Program-made: the position numbers and the translations under genes | Notes under the pieces: model-generated | What the model was told of the DNA's origin: nothing | The model's database searches: none | What the model saw: only the letters and a program-made list of their open reading frames with translations | Shown: positions 36,699 through 48,647 of the stretch, piece by piece | Layout: every line of letters begins with the position of its first letter | How positions within the stretch are numbered: the first letter of the stretch is position 1 | DNA from: Mobula birostris | Taxonomy: Eukaryota | Reading direction: 5' to 3' | Assembly (NCBI RefSeq): GCF_030028105.1 | Contig: NC_092382.1 | Location: 100,270,699 to 100,334,698, forward strand | DNA: 64,000 nucleotides

Positions 36699-38434
36699 AG
36701 AATACTGTTTTAATCTGTTCATTTCATTGAGTTAATATTACTTTCGTGCTGGATGTGATACGTCTTCAGCGCTTCGCCTCTCGTTCCCTGACGAGCGTGG
36801 TTTCATCTGGCTGTGTCGACAGTTCAACGACAATAAACCTGAATTTGAATTGAAGCCGTTCTCAGATGGGCGTGCGAAATTACAGTCAATGGTAGAGGCA
36901 GAAGGTATCATTTTTCTTGAGCATTTAATTCCTAATTTATTGAGTTCAGTCATACACTGATAGGCCGAATGGCCTGTTCCACGCCGCGCTGTATTTCCTA
37001 CGTTATATGCTCTATTACACAAACCGCATACCAACGACATTTGGTTGTTCCAGTAAGATGGCGGCGCGCTCGGTTGCAGACGCCTCTGCGGGTTCAGCAA
37101 ATGGGGAAAATATGCGTCTTTCCAATTTGACAACAAAAAAACACTAATGCAAGTAGGTTTATTTTTTTATTAGTGCGACAGACGGGGGCGGCGTGGGGTG
37201 GGGTAGAATTTCCGTGGCACCAGCTTTTGCGCGGGCCTGGCCCTCTTGCTGAGTCTCTTATTGCAGACCGCAAAGGAGAAAGCACCAGAGGTGCGGTGCG
37301 CCTGGGAGCCACGTGCCCGATTCGGGACAGGCCCCCGCAGGCCGGCTCCCGTCGGCGTCGCTCTCCAGTTTGCTCTCCCGGGAAGTCAAGCTGCATTGCC
37401 TTCGCTTGCGGAACCATCGCGAGATGAGGAACTGTTGCATCATTGCTCCTGCAGAAACGTCGCTCCAGGACAATATCCCATGAACCATCAATCTTCAGCC
37501 CATGCTACCCAAGGAGCTGCGCCAATATCGTTTGTATAGCTCTGTGCGCTATCGTAACTTTAATGTGGAGCGCATAACTCCTATGCTGGGAGAGTCTGAG
37601 ACCACAGGCCGCAGCCCCCGAATAGAGGGGCGTCCTTTTAGAACGGAGGCAAGAAGGAATTTATTCAGCCAGAGGGCGGTGAATCTGTGGAATTCGTTGC
37701 CACAGAGAATGGAGGGAAACGGGGAGAAGTCAGGCGATTGGGACAGAGAGGAAAATTGGCTCAGCCGTGAAGAACAACCTCGATGGGACAAATGACCTAA
37801 TTCTGCGCCTTTACCTTACTGTCTTATGGCCTGTCTTATTCCACGCTGTGTGCTGCGTGCAATATCTGTAGAGCGCTTTCCAACTTGGTCCTGGAAGAAC
37901 GCCTTTTCGTTTGACAAGGTGCCGCACATGAGTCTGTTTAACAAGCTAGGAACTTACAGTACTACAGGAAGGACACTAAACTGGATAGACGATTCGCTAG
38001 CTGACTGGAGGCAAAAAGATTGGCCGCCGGTGAGCAGTGGTGTTCCGCAGGGATCGGTGTTGGGACGTCTTCTCTTCCTGTCATTTTGCAACAGCCTCAG
38101 AAGAGAGGGATGCCCGTTCGGAATAAAGATGAAAGGGGGATATCCTCAGAAATAGGGTGGGCGAATCTGCTGAACACATTGCCGCAGACGGCTGAGGAGG
38201 TCCTTGTAGGTTCTCAGAGCGTCGGAGATTACAGGGAAGGGCTAGCAGAAGGGGGTTGTGAAGGAGAATGGAATAGCGGAGCACACGTGGTGGGATGAAT
38301 ATCTTATTATCTTATTATATATCTTATAATAATATCTTATTATCTGGTCTTATTATCTTATATTTGCACCCGATGCAGAGGAACGTAAGACAGTGTAGGA
38401 CAGTAACGGGCCCTTACGCCGGATTCCAATTAAA

Positions 38435-39113
38435 ATTTAGATTAGATTAGATTATGAGGACACTCAGTCCTCGTTTATCGTCATTTAGAAATGCATGCAT
38501 GCATTAAGAAAAGATACAATGTTCCTCCAGAGTGATATCACAAAAAAAGGACAAACCAAAGACTGACACTGACAAGACCACATAATTATAACATATAGTT
38601 ACAGCAGTGGGAAACAATACCATAATTTACTAAAGTGGAAACAATGGGAACGGTAAAAAAAAGTCTCAAAGTTCCGATCGACTCCCGATAGTCCCCGACA
38701 GCAGGCGGCAGAAGGGAGAAGCTCTCTCTGCCATAAACCTCCAGGCACCGACAACTGTCGATGCGTTGGAAGCACCCGACCACAGCCGACTCTGAGCCCG
38801 TCCGAAAACTACGAGCCTCCGAACAGCCCTTCGACGTCGAGCACCGAGCACCACCTCAGCCGAGCGCTTCGATCCCGTCCCGGCCGCCGAGCAACAAGCA
38901 AAGCCAAGGATTCGGGGCCTTCCCCTCTGGAGATTCTGGATCACGCAGTAACAGCGACCGCGAAAAAGGCATTTCAGAAGTTTGTCCAGATGTTCCTCCT
39001 TTCTCTCACGTCTCTCTCCATCAGATCAGGATTGTGGACGGCACCCTACTTGACAGATTACAGATATCATTCAGCGGAGTGGCCGCGAAAGCTGTGTCGC
39101 GCCGCCATCTTCA
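38435..39113 (-). mobile_element. Non-autonomous LINE-related repeat with (ATCTA)n tail
   Basis: 5' AAGATGGCGGCGCG start, 3' ATAATCTAATCTAATCT tail, no RT coding. Confidence 0.5.
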
Positions 39114-39581
39114 AATAGCAATCTAGTTGGCAGCGTCACTATTCCCCCGTGACCAAACAAGGACTACAACCCTCCAGCTTCCTCATATTCGTGTGTCTAT
39201 CTAAACAGTCCCCGATCTGCGTGCCTCTACCGCGACTCTAGGTGGCGCATCCCAGGCACCTACCACCCTGTGTAAAACTATTGCCTCTCAGATCTCCTTT
39301 GAAAATGTCGTATTGTTGCAAGAAATGTGGGCATGAAAAGGGCCTAAATGCTGCCGAAGACGCCGATGCAGCTTGGAAGGCGGCAAGTAGGGATCATGAG
39401 CGGAAACGCCTTCGAAGAGCGTTTGCTTGGGTATGACTATGCAGACATACCTTTGTGCTCACGCTTGTGATTGACAGCGCGGCCACTTCCGCTTTGAGGG
39501 GCAGACCCGCCCCTCCCTCCTTGACGGAAGAAACAACTGTGGAATGATTGATGTGCACGCTCCGCCTTTGTGAAACCTGGG

Positions 39582-39620
39582 AGTTTCTGTTCAGCTTCCC
39601 CATCTCTCTGGACCTCTGTG
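39582..39620 (-). other. 23-RSS of V-A2
   Basis: CACAGAG + 23 nt + ACAGAAACT. Confidence 0.9.
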
Positions 39621-39913
39621 TGAACTCCAAGTGCAGTAATACACGGCCGAGTGATTCGCCCACAGGCCGGAGAACATCAGTTTGAAGCTGCTTTCGGTCG
39701 GTCGTTCCGCGGTGAAGCCTTCTACCTGCCTATCTGGGTTGACGTGAGCGGTGGTTTCGGAGGAGAACAGATACTGTAGCTCCTTCCCCTGGGGCTGTCT
39801 GTACCAGAACATGGTTACTGTGCTACAGTGCACCGCGCACGACATGTCCACGCTCTTCCCGGGATAGCCGGAGATCGCGGCGGGCGTCTGCTCGATGGTG
39901 ACAGAGTTGACAC
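39621..39913 (-). CDS. TRBV: TCR V exon, family A (V-A2); open frame, leader not found
   Basis: Acceptor TTTCATAG; VNSVTIEQTPAAISGYPGKSVDMSC..MFWYRQPQGK..NHSAVYYCTWSS; clear paralog of V-A1 including the 3' flank. Confidence 0.75.
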
Positions 39914-41454
39914 CTATGAAATTGGGGGAGAGAGGAAGAGAGTGAATTTACCTGATAATCGGGGCACTGGGGCAAAAAGTCACTGAAGGAGTAAGGTAAG
40001 CGAGCTCCCGATTCTCCTGAACTCGGTGAGCCGTAGACATGTTGTGCTGGCGCGGGAATCGTGGCGACACCTGCTGGCTGTTCTTCAGCACATCATCTGA
40101 CCGTGTTGGCCATTTGACGCACCACGTCGCCTTTCACCGTATGTTTCAATGTACACGCGGTAAATAAATCTAATTTTTATATTTAATCTTTAATCTATAA
40201 TTTTCATCTAGGGAAAAAGACAAGCGCGTTGGCTCAGTTGTTGCCCACGTCATGATCTTGAACACCTCTATGACGTCATCCCTCAGTGTCCTCGGCAATA
40301 AAGGCCCAGCTTGCCCAATCTCTCCCGGCAACGCAGGTCTTTAGATCCTAACGTTGTACAGATCCATAGGCCGATGCTCCTAATGCGGCCTCACCAACTC
40401 TTTTCCAACTGTAAGACAACGACCCAACTTCTAAACAGATCAGCTCGTGTCACCGCGTTCAGCAAAGTTAGATCCCTCTCTTCTGCAGAGCTCCCCACTG
40501 TCCCAAGGCGAAACCCCTCCCTTGGGTTTGCTTCCTGAAATGCAACAGTTCGCACTTTTCGGGATAAGTGAACTGGAACAAAGGAGAAGGAGGGGGAAGG
40601 TGAAAACCAAGAATAATATATGGGAGGGGAGATGCAGAACGGAGGGAAGGCCGATTGGACGGGCAGAGGAAATGGATGCAAGTTTGACCGTGTTGCAATC
40701 AAGTGAGGGAGATTAAAATCAAACAAGGGAAGGGGAAGAAAGATAATGCTTCAAAGATATCACTTACTTTGGAACCGAACCGTCAACAGCAGTAACAGCA
40801 GCATCCTTCTGTCGAATGTGTTCTCTCTAAAATGAAGGCAGCGGAGACGAGTCTGCCTTCTGGAGATACATTCTGGTACGGACAATGAAGTTCCACACGC
40901 CCCCTTTTCGTCCGCTCGCCATTCCGAATGCACCACCTCATTTTCTACCCCCTCCTCCCTCGTTACGCTTCGGTTTGTCCAACCATACGCTGGTCTATCT
41001 CCCTCTTCAAACTGGCGTTGAAAGGAGGTCTGCGATATGTTAGCAGTGAGTCAAGGAGCAGTTCGGTATGTTGTAGTTTCACAAAACCTCTGGGTAGATT
41101 ATCTGTGCTGGAGTAGAATTGGTTTATTACTGTCATTTACACGTGGACTGAGAGACAACTGCAACACCCTGGGAAAGGTTTCACTGCCAATGTTCGGGTG
41201 AAGGTGAGAGATAACGGGAGCTTCTGAATGTGAGCCGTCCCATGACGAGGGGGTGGTTGCGTGCCTTGTGCCAGACCCCGGTGTGATCCGGGTTCTTTGT
41301 TCGGCGAGAGATGAGGAGAGAAGACGGCGGAGTGATCCAACAAAGGCCGGGAAGATCGAAGGAGGATCGGCGAAGGGGAAACCCTGAGCTCCAACTTGAG
41401 CACATTAGACCGTTTCATCAAAATGGGCCCTTTCTCAGCACAGCGACTGCGTGA

Positions 41455-41698
41455 GGGGACGGTGTGGTGGTAGCGACAACCTGTGTCTCAACGCGGGCAG
41501 TGCGTCCAGGGACGGTGTGCCGGGAGCGACACCTAGTGTCTCAACGCGGGCAGTGCGTCCAGGGACGGTGTGCCGAGAGCGACACCTAGTGTATCAACGC
41601 CGGCAGTGCCTCCAGGGACGGTGTGCCAGGAGCGACACCTAGTGCATCAACGCCGGCAGTGCCTCCAGGGACGGTGTGCCAGGAGCGACACCTAGTGT
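41455..41698 (+). repeat. 53-bp minisatellite, ~4.6 copies
   Basis: Units start at ~41455, 41508, 41561, 41614 and 41667 (AGGGACGGTGTGCC...). Confidence 0.92.
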
Positions 41699-43589
41699 TT
41701 GAACAACGCACATAAAAGTTGCTGGTGAATGCAGCAGGCCAGGCAGCAACTCTAGGAAGAGGTACAGTCGACGGGCCCTTTGTTTTTGCTTTTCCTTCTC
41801 CGAAATCGTGTAAGCTAAACCGTTTAATTGATAACGTAGATAGGGTGGAAATGCCTTAAAGTTCAAAGGGGATGCGAGTGGAACGTATTTTTTTACACAC
41901 ATGCAGCTCCCCTGGTAGCCTCAGGGTCGCTCAGATCACTTTCGGCTCGGTGGAGCAGCCTTCGGCGTCGCTAAACTTGGTATATCAAGTTTGTGTGGAT
42001 GGTCTCCCACACCGCCGAGTAACAGACAATACACCATATGCGATTAAATGTTTACACTTTCTAGATCTTACTGGAAATATGTAATTAATAGAGATAAAAT
42101 ATAAAAGGAAAGTATAAGGCGCCAAACTTATCAAAGTGCAACCACTTCGTGCACAACTGTTGGAACTCAGTTAACGGAGTCATTTTCCCACCTTTCCATT
42201 CCTTCCGACCACCTCCACCCGCCGCCTGTGACCAACTGCCGACCAGACGCTCCACACGAGTCTCTCTTCGTCTCCTCTCCCCGCCGAAGACCCTGGGCCG
42301 CGGACTCCAGCTCGGGGTCCGTCCCGCCGCCCAGCTTACAGTACCGCATCTCCTCTCTCCGTCCTCATTGCGCCTTCTGCCCCAAAGCCCGCGAAAACAA
42401 TAGCTTAGAGACACACAAGAAAGAATAACATCTATTCCAATTGGTTCGTTCTTTCTTTTATCAATAANNNNNNNNNNNNNNNNNNNNNNNNNNNNNNNNN
42501 NNNNNNNNNNNNNNNNNNNNNNNNNNNNNNNNNNNNNNNNNNNNNNNNNNNNNNNNNNNNNNNNNNNNNNNNNNNNNNNNNNNNNNNNNNNNNNNNNNNN
42601 NNNNNNNNNTTATTACAGAAAAAGCCTTTTTATTCTGACATAAAAAAGAGGCCATTTTCATTCGCCTCAGCAGTAACACAAAAGAAGAAACCACTTCCGC
42701 ACAGAGAGCGGAGGGTGCTTGTAATGTGCTGTCAAGAGCGGTGGAAGGAGACAAGCGTTTGAGAGGGTCTCATGGATGCGCGGTTAATGGAGAGGTTTTG
42801 GAAGTAAGGAGGCTGTTTTAATCGGTGATCCCTTTAATTGGCTTAATCTTTTCTGTTTTGTACTATTGCAGAGAGAAACCATCAGTCACTCGCTACCCAA
42901 CTCGAATACTACCACATTGAAAGGAAACGACGTAATGATGAGGCTTTATGGAGCCTACTGAGGCCTCACTTGTGCACTGAAATTGAGAATAATCACCCCA
43001 ATTACCAATAAATCAATTTAATTTACTTTCTTGTTTCATAACCCGATATACAGCATAGAACAGGGACCTCTGTGCATCACCGGAACAAGCTGTTTGGATC
43101 ATGATGTTCTTCCTAATCAATTCAACAAATAATTTAAATTACATGTGAAGTAGACCCAGCTGCGTATTCCATGCACCTGTATTTCTGTGTCCCTGCAGTC
43201 TACAACTCCCCGCTGAGGTCGTGCGTTTACTGTGTATGTCGTAACCTGGCGGGAATTCCTGAAATACGATTGGTGAGGAGCTGAGTTACCCATCCCCCAA
43301 CACGGCGATGAACAACCGCGAAGAGAATGGGACCATAAGACCACAAAGCATAAGACAAAAATGCAGAATTAGACAACCAGCCCGTCGAGTTTGCTCCGCC
43401 ATTCCATTGTGGCTGATCCGAGACGCCACTCAACCTCATTCACCTGCCTTCACGCCACATCCTTTGCGGCCCGGACCAACCAGGTGTCAGACTCGCTTCA
43501 CTTAGTGGCATGATCTCGTGGGTGGCTCCCCCTCCCCGACCAAACTTTATCTCTCTTGTTTGGGTGGATGCTGCGTGTTGTGTCCCCTG

Positions 43590-44090
43590 TGTAACATCAG
43601 TACCCCGAAATAATATTCACGACACAATGTGCCGTTACACGATTAAGAGTTTATATTTAAGTATTGGGTAGGTAGAGAAAAAAAACGGAAAACAAATAAA
43701 AGGCGCCAATAATCTCATGATCATGTCCAGTGCACAATCGTTGAAGCTCACTGTTTTCCTGTCGCTGATTCTCCTTCGCTCTTCGTCGACCCCTGGGCTC
43801 CCGTCCCGAGCCCAAGCCCAGCGGGTCCGGCAACCATCTCCTCAGCCCACCTCTTCTCTCTTCATCCTCCTCGCGCCTTCTCCCCCGAAGCCCGCGCGAA
43901 CTAACAGCTTTCACACAGACAGGAAGAATGACATCTATCCCCCTTGGTTATCAAATGAATAAAAGTCCCGTTATCACTAATTATAACCCAAACATGCTGC
44001 TATAGACAACCACTGCCTCAGCAGTTAACAGTACAGAAAGCCATTGTATTCACCTTAGCAGTAACATAAAAGGAAAAAAAAACCCTTACA
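43590..44090. mobile_element. Solo-LTR-like repeat; related copy ~41994-42703
   Basis: TGTAA...TTACA termini, internal AATAAA, similarity between the two copies; no TSD recognised. Confidence 0.4.
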
Positions 44091-45594
44091 CAGGAAACTA
44101 ATAATTTTCGCCTTAAATGTACCTACGGTTTGGTCTCCACCGCAGTCTGAGGCAGAGCATTCCACAGATCCATAACTCTCTGGCTAAAAAGGAAATCCTC
44201 CTTAACTCTTTTCTAAAAGATGTCCCTCAGCTTTCAGGCCGTGCCCTCCAGTTCTGGATACTCCCACCACGGGAAACATCTTCTCCACATCCACCTTATC
44301 TAGTCCTTTCAACAATAGATGGGTTTCAATGAGATCACCACGCATTCTTCTAAATTCAGTGAGTACAGACCCAAAGCTGCCCAACGCCACTCAAATGTTA
44401 ATACCCTCATGCCCGAAATCATCTCCCTTGAATCCCCTCTGCACTCTCTCTAATGACAACGCTTCCATAACATGTAGGCCGATTGAGTTTGCTCCGCAAT
44501 TTCATCAAGGCTTATCCAATCTTTCCTCTCAGCACCAAACACCTACCTTCACCCCGTATCCCATCATGCCCTGACTAACCTGGTCTGCGACTCCCGTACC
44601 ATAAGCAACATCTTATCCACATCGCATCTATCGAGGTCTTTCAATATGCGATAGGTTTCAATTAAGTCACCACTTGTTCTTCTGAATTCAGGTGAATACA
44701 GGCACAAAACCATCAAACTCTATTTCTCTCCTCCACCCCTCCCCGTCACCGCCACCCTCCCACCCCAACACCGCTCCCCATCTTCGTCACCCCTCCCTGC
44801 CCTACACTGCTCTCCGTCTCCGTCACCCCTCCCTCGCCTACCCTCCTCCACGTCCTTGTCAATCTCTCCCTCCCCTACATCCCTCCCCATCTCCGTCACC
44901 TTCTCCCTCCCCTGCACCCTTCCCCGTCACAGGCACTCCCCTCCCTCCCCAACACCCCTCCCGGTCTCTTCATATAACAAACTTTTCAAGCGCGGACTCA
45001 TTTTCGTGAGCGTCCTTTGAACCCTCTCCAACGTCAGCACACCCTTTTCCTGGATAAGGGGCCCTAAACTGCGCTCAATACCACAAGTGGGGCCTCGCCA
45101 ATGCTTTCCACAGCCTCGACATTCAATCCTTGGTGCTGTAATTTTGGCCTATCGAAATCAATGCTATCATTGCATTCCATAGAACCATAGAACACTACAG
45201 CACAGAAAACGGTCCATTCGGCCCATCTAGTCTGTGCCGAAACATTATTCCGCACCGCCAACCGAAACTGCAAATTAACCATCAGGGAATCTTGCACGAG
45301 GACTCCAAAGTTCCTTTGCGCCGCAGATTTTTGAATTTTATCTCCGTTTAAAAATAATCTACACTTACGTTTTGCTGTTCGAGCATTCTATTTGCCACCT
45401 CTTCGCCCATCCTCCTGTTCTGAAGCATCTGTGCTTCCTTAAAACTACCTGAACTCCGGTTATCTTCATTTCGTCCGGAAAAGAGGCCACACAGCCATCA
45501 ATCCCATCAACCAAATCATTCGAGAGAGAGAGATACAGTTTCTTCAGGGATTGTTGTGCTGAGGGTAAAAGTGGCAAGGAGAGATAGTGGTCAT

Positions 45595-45897
45595 AGTCTT
45601 AGTCATAGCCATAGTCATAGTCATACTTTATTGATCCCAGGGGGAAATTGATTTTCGTTACAGTTGCACCATAAATAATAAATAGTAATAGAACCATAAA
45701 TAGTTAAATAGTAATATGTAAATTATGCCAGGAAATAAGTCCAGGACCAGCCCCTCCAAGGGAGGAGTTGTAAAGTTTGATGGCCACAGGCAGGAATGAC
45801 TTCCTATGACTCTCTGTGCTGCATCTTGGGGGAATGAGTCTCTGGCTGAATGTACTCCTGTGCCCACCCAGTACATTATGTAGTGGATGGGAGACAT
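45595..45897 (-). mobile_element. Rex1/Babar-type LINE 3' end
   Basis: Minus strand CSTESHRKSFLPVAIKLYNSSL; 3' GGGATCAATAAAGTATGACTATGACT tail. Confidence 0.65.
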
Positions 45898-46131
45898 NNN
45901 NNNNNNNNNNNNNNNNNNNNNNNNNNNNNNNNNNNNNNNNNNNNNNNNNNNNNNNNNNNNNNNNNNNNNNNNNNNNNNNNNNNNNNNNNNNNNNNNNNNN
46001 NNNNNNNNNNNNNNNNNNNNNNNNNNNNNNNNNNNNNNNNNNNNNNNNNNNNNAGATAACATGAAATTCAACGGAGTACTGTAGATTACAGTGTTTCGCA
46101 CCGAATTACATTGACTGTCACATTGATTCCG

Positions 46132-46177
46132 ATTGGTTACATCAGGAGAAGGGGCGTGTCTTAACTCCGATATATAA
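46132..46177 (+). promoter_or_regulatory. Family-D V promoter: inverted CCAAT, CRE-like site, GC box, TATA
   Basis: ATTGG 46132, TTACATCA 46137, GGGGCGTG 46151, TATATAA 46171; the same layout is upstream of D1, D2 and D3. Confidence 0.6.
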
Positions 46178-46258
46178 TGTCACAACCATCGGTAAAGAGC
46201 GAATCTGCCTAATCCTACCTCCACCTTACCATCTCTTCTCCTTCAATACTGCGAAAGA

Positions 46259-46826
46259 ATGAATCGAGGAAAGATGTTTCTGTTACTGTGGGTCACGTCC
46301 TCAATTGGCTGTCAGTTGATTTTGTTCGCTGTCTAATTTCTCCCCTCTCTCGCTTCCACGCCCATCAGATATTCTATTCTCGATTATTTTTCTTCCCGGG
46401 TCCCACCACCCAGCCGCTGACTGATAGTCTCACTGCCCTGTTACACTTCCGTCTCTTTCCGCCAGTCGCTGCTCCCCACTCGGTCAACGCGTCTCTTATT
46501 CCTCACCGGTTTCCCGCTCTCTGTCCGCAGGTGGGAACTCGGTGACCGTCCGGCAGACTCCGCCCGCACTCTCCGCCATGCCCGGCAGCGGAATGGAGTT
46601 GCAGTGCACGGCGGAAGGAGGGGGTGATACTGATACTATGTACTGGTACAGACAGTACCCGGAGAGTGGCCCTGAGTACCTGCTTTACTCGATGTCCAAC
46701 ACGCAACTGGTACCGAAGGAAACAGCGGACGGGTTAACGGCGAAGAGGCGGGACAACCAGTTCAATCTGACTTCTCAAAGCCTGACTGCGAGTCACTCGG
46801 CTCGTTATTTCTGCGCCTGGAGTTTA
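46259..46826 (+). CDS. TRBV: TCR V segment, family D (V-D4), apparently functional
   Basis: Leader 46259-46310 MNRGKMFLLLWVTSSIG, intron 46311-46530, open exon 46531-46826 ending YFCAWSL. Confidence 0.88.
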
Positions 46827-46865
46827 CACAGCCGCCCGAACAGATGGTGGAACCGAACAAAAACC
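46827..46865 (+). other. 23-RSS of V-D4
   Basis: CACAGCC + 23 nt + ACAAAAACC. Confidence 0.92.
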
Positions 46866-48187
46866 TCCAACGCTGGGGGAGGGGCGCGACTGTCAATAAA
46901 AAGAGGGCAGGCGCCCTCCGCACTGAGGGGCGTGACGACAGAGGCTGTCAGTCAAATGATGGGGCGGGTCTTCCGGTCACAGCAAGGATAGCCACGGCGC
47001 CCCCCTCTGGTTAGCCTTGGTTACAACGTTTAATGTGCTTTCGCTCCGGAGGATAATAAACGAATTTCGCACAAATACGAATGAACACTATACAGCCGGC
47101 ACGGAGCGATGAGGCTGCAGGGTCCGGAGTTCTGCCGTATGTCCCTGACATTGTGACCGCGACCACCCGCCACCAGCCCCTCTTCAAACGGTTCCTCTGA
47201 AGAGCGAAAGCGTCCGTTCTGCTTATAATCAGCAACCAGCCCCACCGAGAACAAATGCTGTTTAACTATACAGAATGTGTACTCCCGAAGTGCAGCGTCC
47301 TCGTGTAATCCGGATTGAAGTCGATCTGCCGTTTCTCCGCTCCCGAAGTCCGGCAATGTTTGTAAATTTTTAGCAAATTCGGTGGCAATTTGCCGAATGA
47401 GAAACGGCTTATTGTCTCGGTCACTGCGCGGAGAGAGAAGGTTGTTTAACATTCTCTTCCCCTCGTCCTCTCTTTCATTGATGGACCCCGTCCCCGCTCT
47501 GACCAAAAGCGTTCACACCGTTTTTGTGACAGACTCTCTTTCCCTCCTTTGCCTCTCTTTGGACTACTACCTCCCCACCACCCCCACCACGTGCACAGTC
47601 ACGCCCCACTGTAACGTCACCATCTCGTGACGGGGCCGTGTGAATCTACGGAGCGAGGGAAATGATTGGCAGTCAGACCGCTGGAAGTCAAATTGAACTG
47701 GTAGTGCTGCCTCCTGGCGGTTAATGAGTCCGCCGTCAGTTCGGCCACCGAGTAAATCAGGTTCCGATGTCCCTTTCCCGGGGAGTAAGGTATTTAACAA
47801 AACTTCTCAGGAAATCCAGGCCATGATCCCCAGTAATAAATCATCTTTCTTTGATCAGTGGTAGTTTTAGAACGAAACACATCAGATGTGAACAGACAGA
47901 TTCGCTGTTTACCTCTTACTGGAAGGTACTGGAAATTATTCAAGCCTCTTCCCTCGATTTAACCGATCGGCATCGACGTGTCCATCAGCGGAGATCCGTC
48001 CGAACTCTCTCATCAAAATCTGGCAGCGTTTTTATCATAGAAATAGTGGGAGAAAGAGCAAAATTCTTGCTGTTGTGATCTACGTTTTCTACGGCATGTA
48101 TTCGAACCCCTGTCTGTCACTGCATAAAATTCTCTTAAGGGTTTTGCACTCATTCCCTCCCCTTTCTTTCTGTCTCTGTCAGTGGGT

Positions 48188-48227
<40 letters not shown>

Positions 48228-48647
48228 ACAATTTGCATTCTCCCCAACTCGCTCTTTGGGAACATATAGATTTTTACTCCTCCTGTTTATGAAAGTCAAT
48301 TCAATTCAATTCATTTCAATTCAATTATTTTTCTCCACTCCCACATGTCTGTCTCTCTCTGTCCCTCTCCCCATCCCGCTTCGGACTTGATCTCCCCCTG
48401 GTCAATGAAGCATTTAGTGTTCGGAAAGATGGAGCACAGTAACCTCATTTTTCATCTGCCTTCATTTGCCACGACTTTCCAACGCTAATCCCCTCACTTA
48501 TCCACCATTTATCTCTCCTTCGAAGCCCTGCGCACTCAAACGCCCGATCCGTCTCACCCCTCCTTCCCTTCAGTTCCATTTCCGATGCAGCGACGTCACG
48601 AACGTGTGCGGTTTGTTAATGCGGTGCCCCGAACGTGATGAAGTCGA

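Noticed and set aside
37340-37500. GC-rich stretch with faint V-like words (CAG acceptor, VKLHC)
   Set aside because: No WYRQ, YxC or RSS; the similarity is too weak to support
41455-41698. Regular 53-bp repeats as a CRISPR array
   Set aside because: Units are near-identical head to tail with no unique spacers; eukaryotic context; no cas genes
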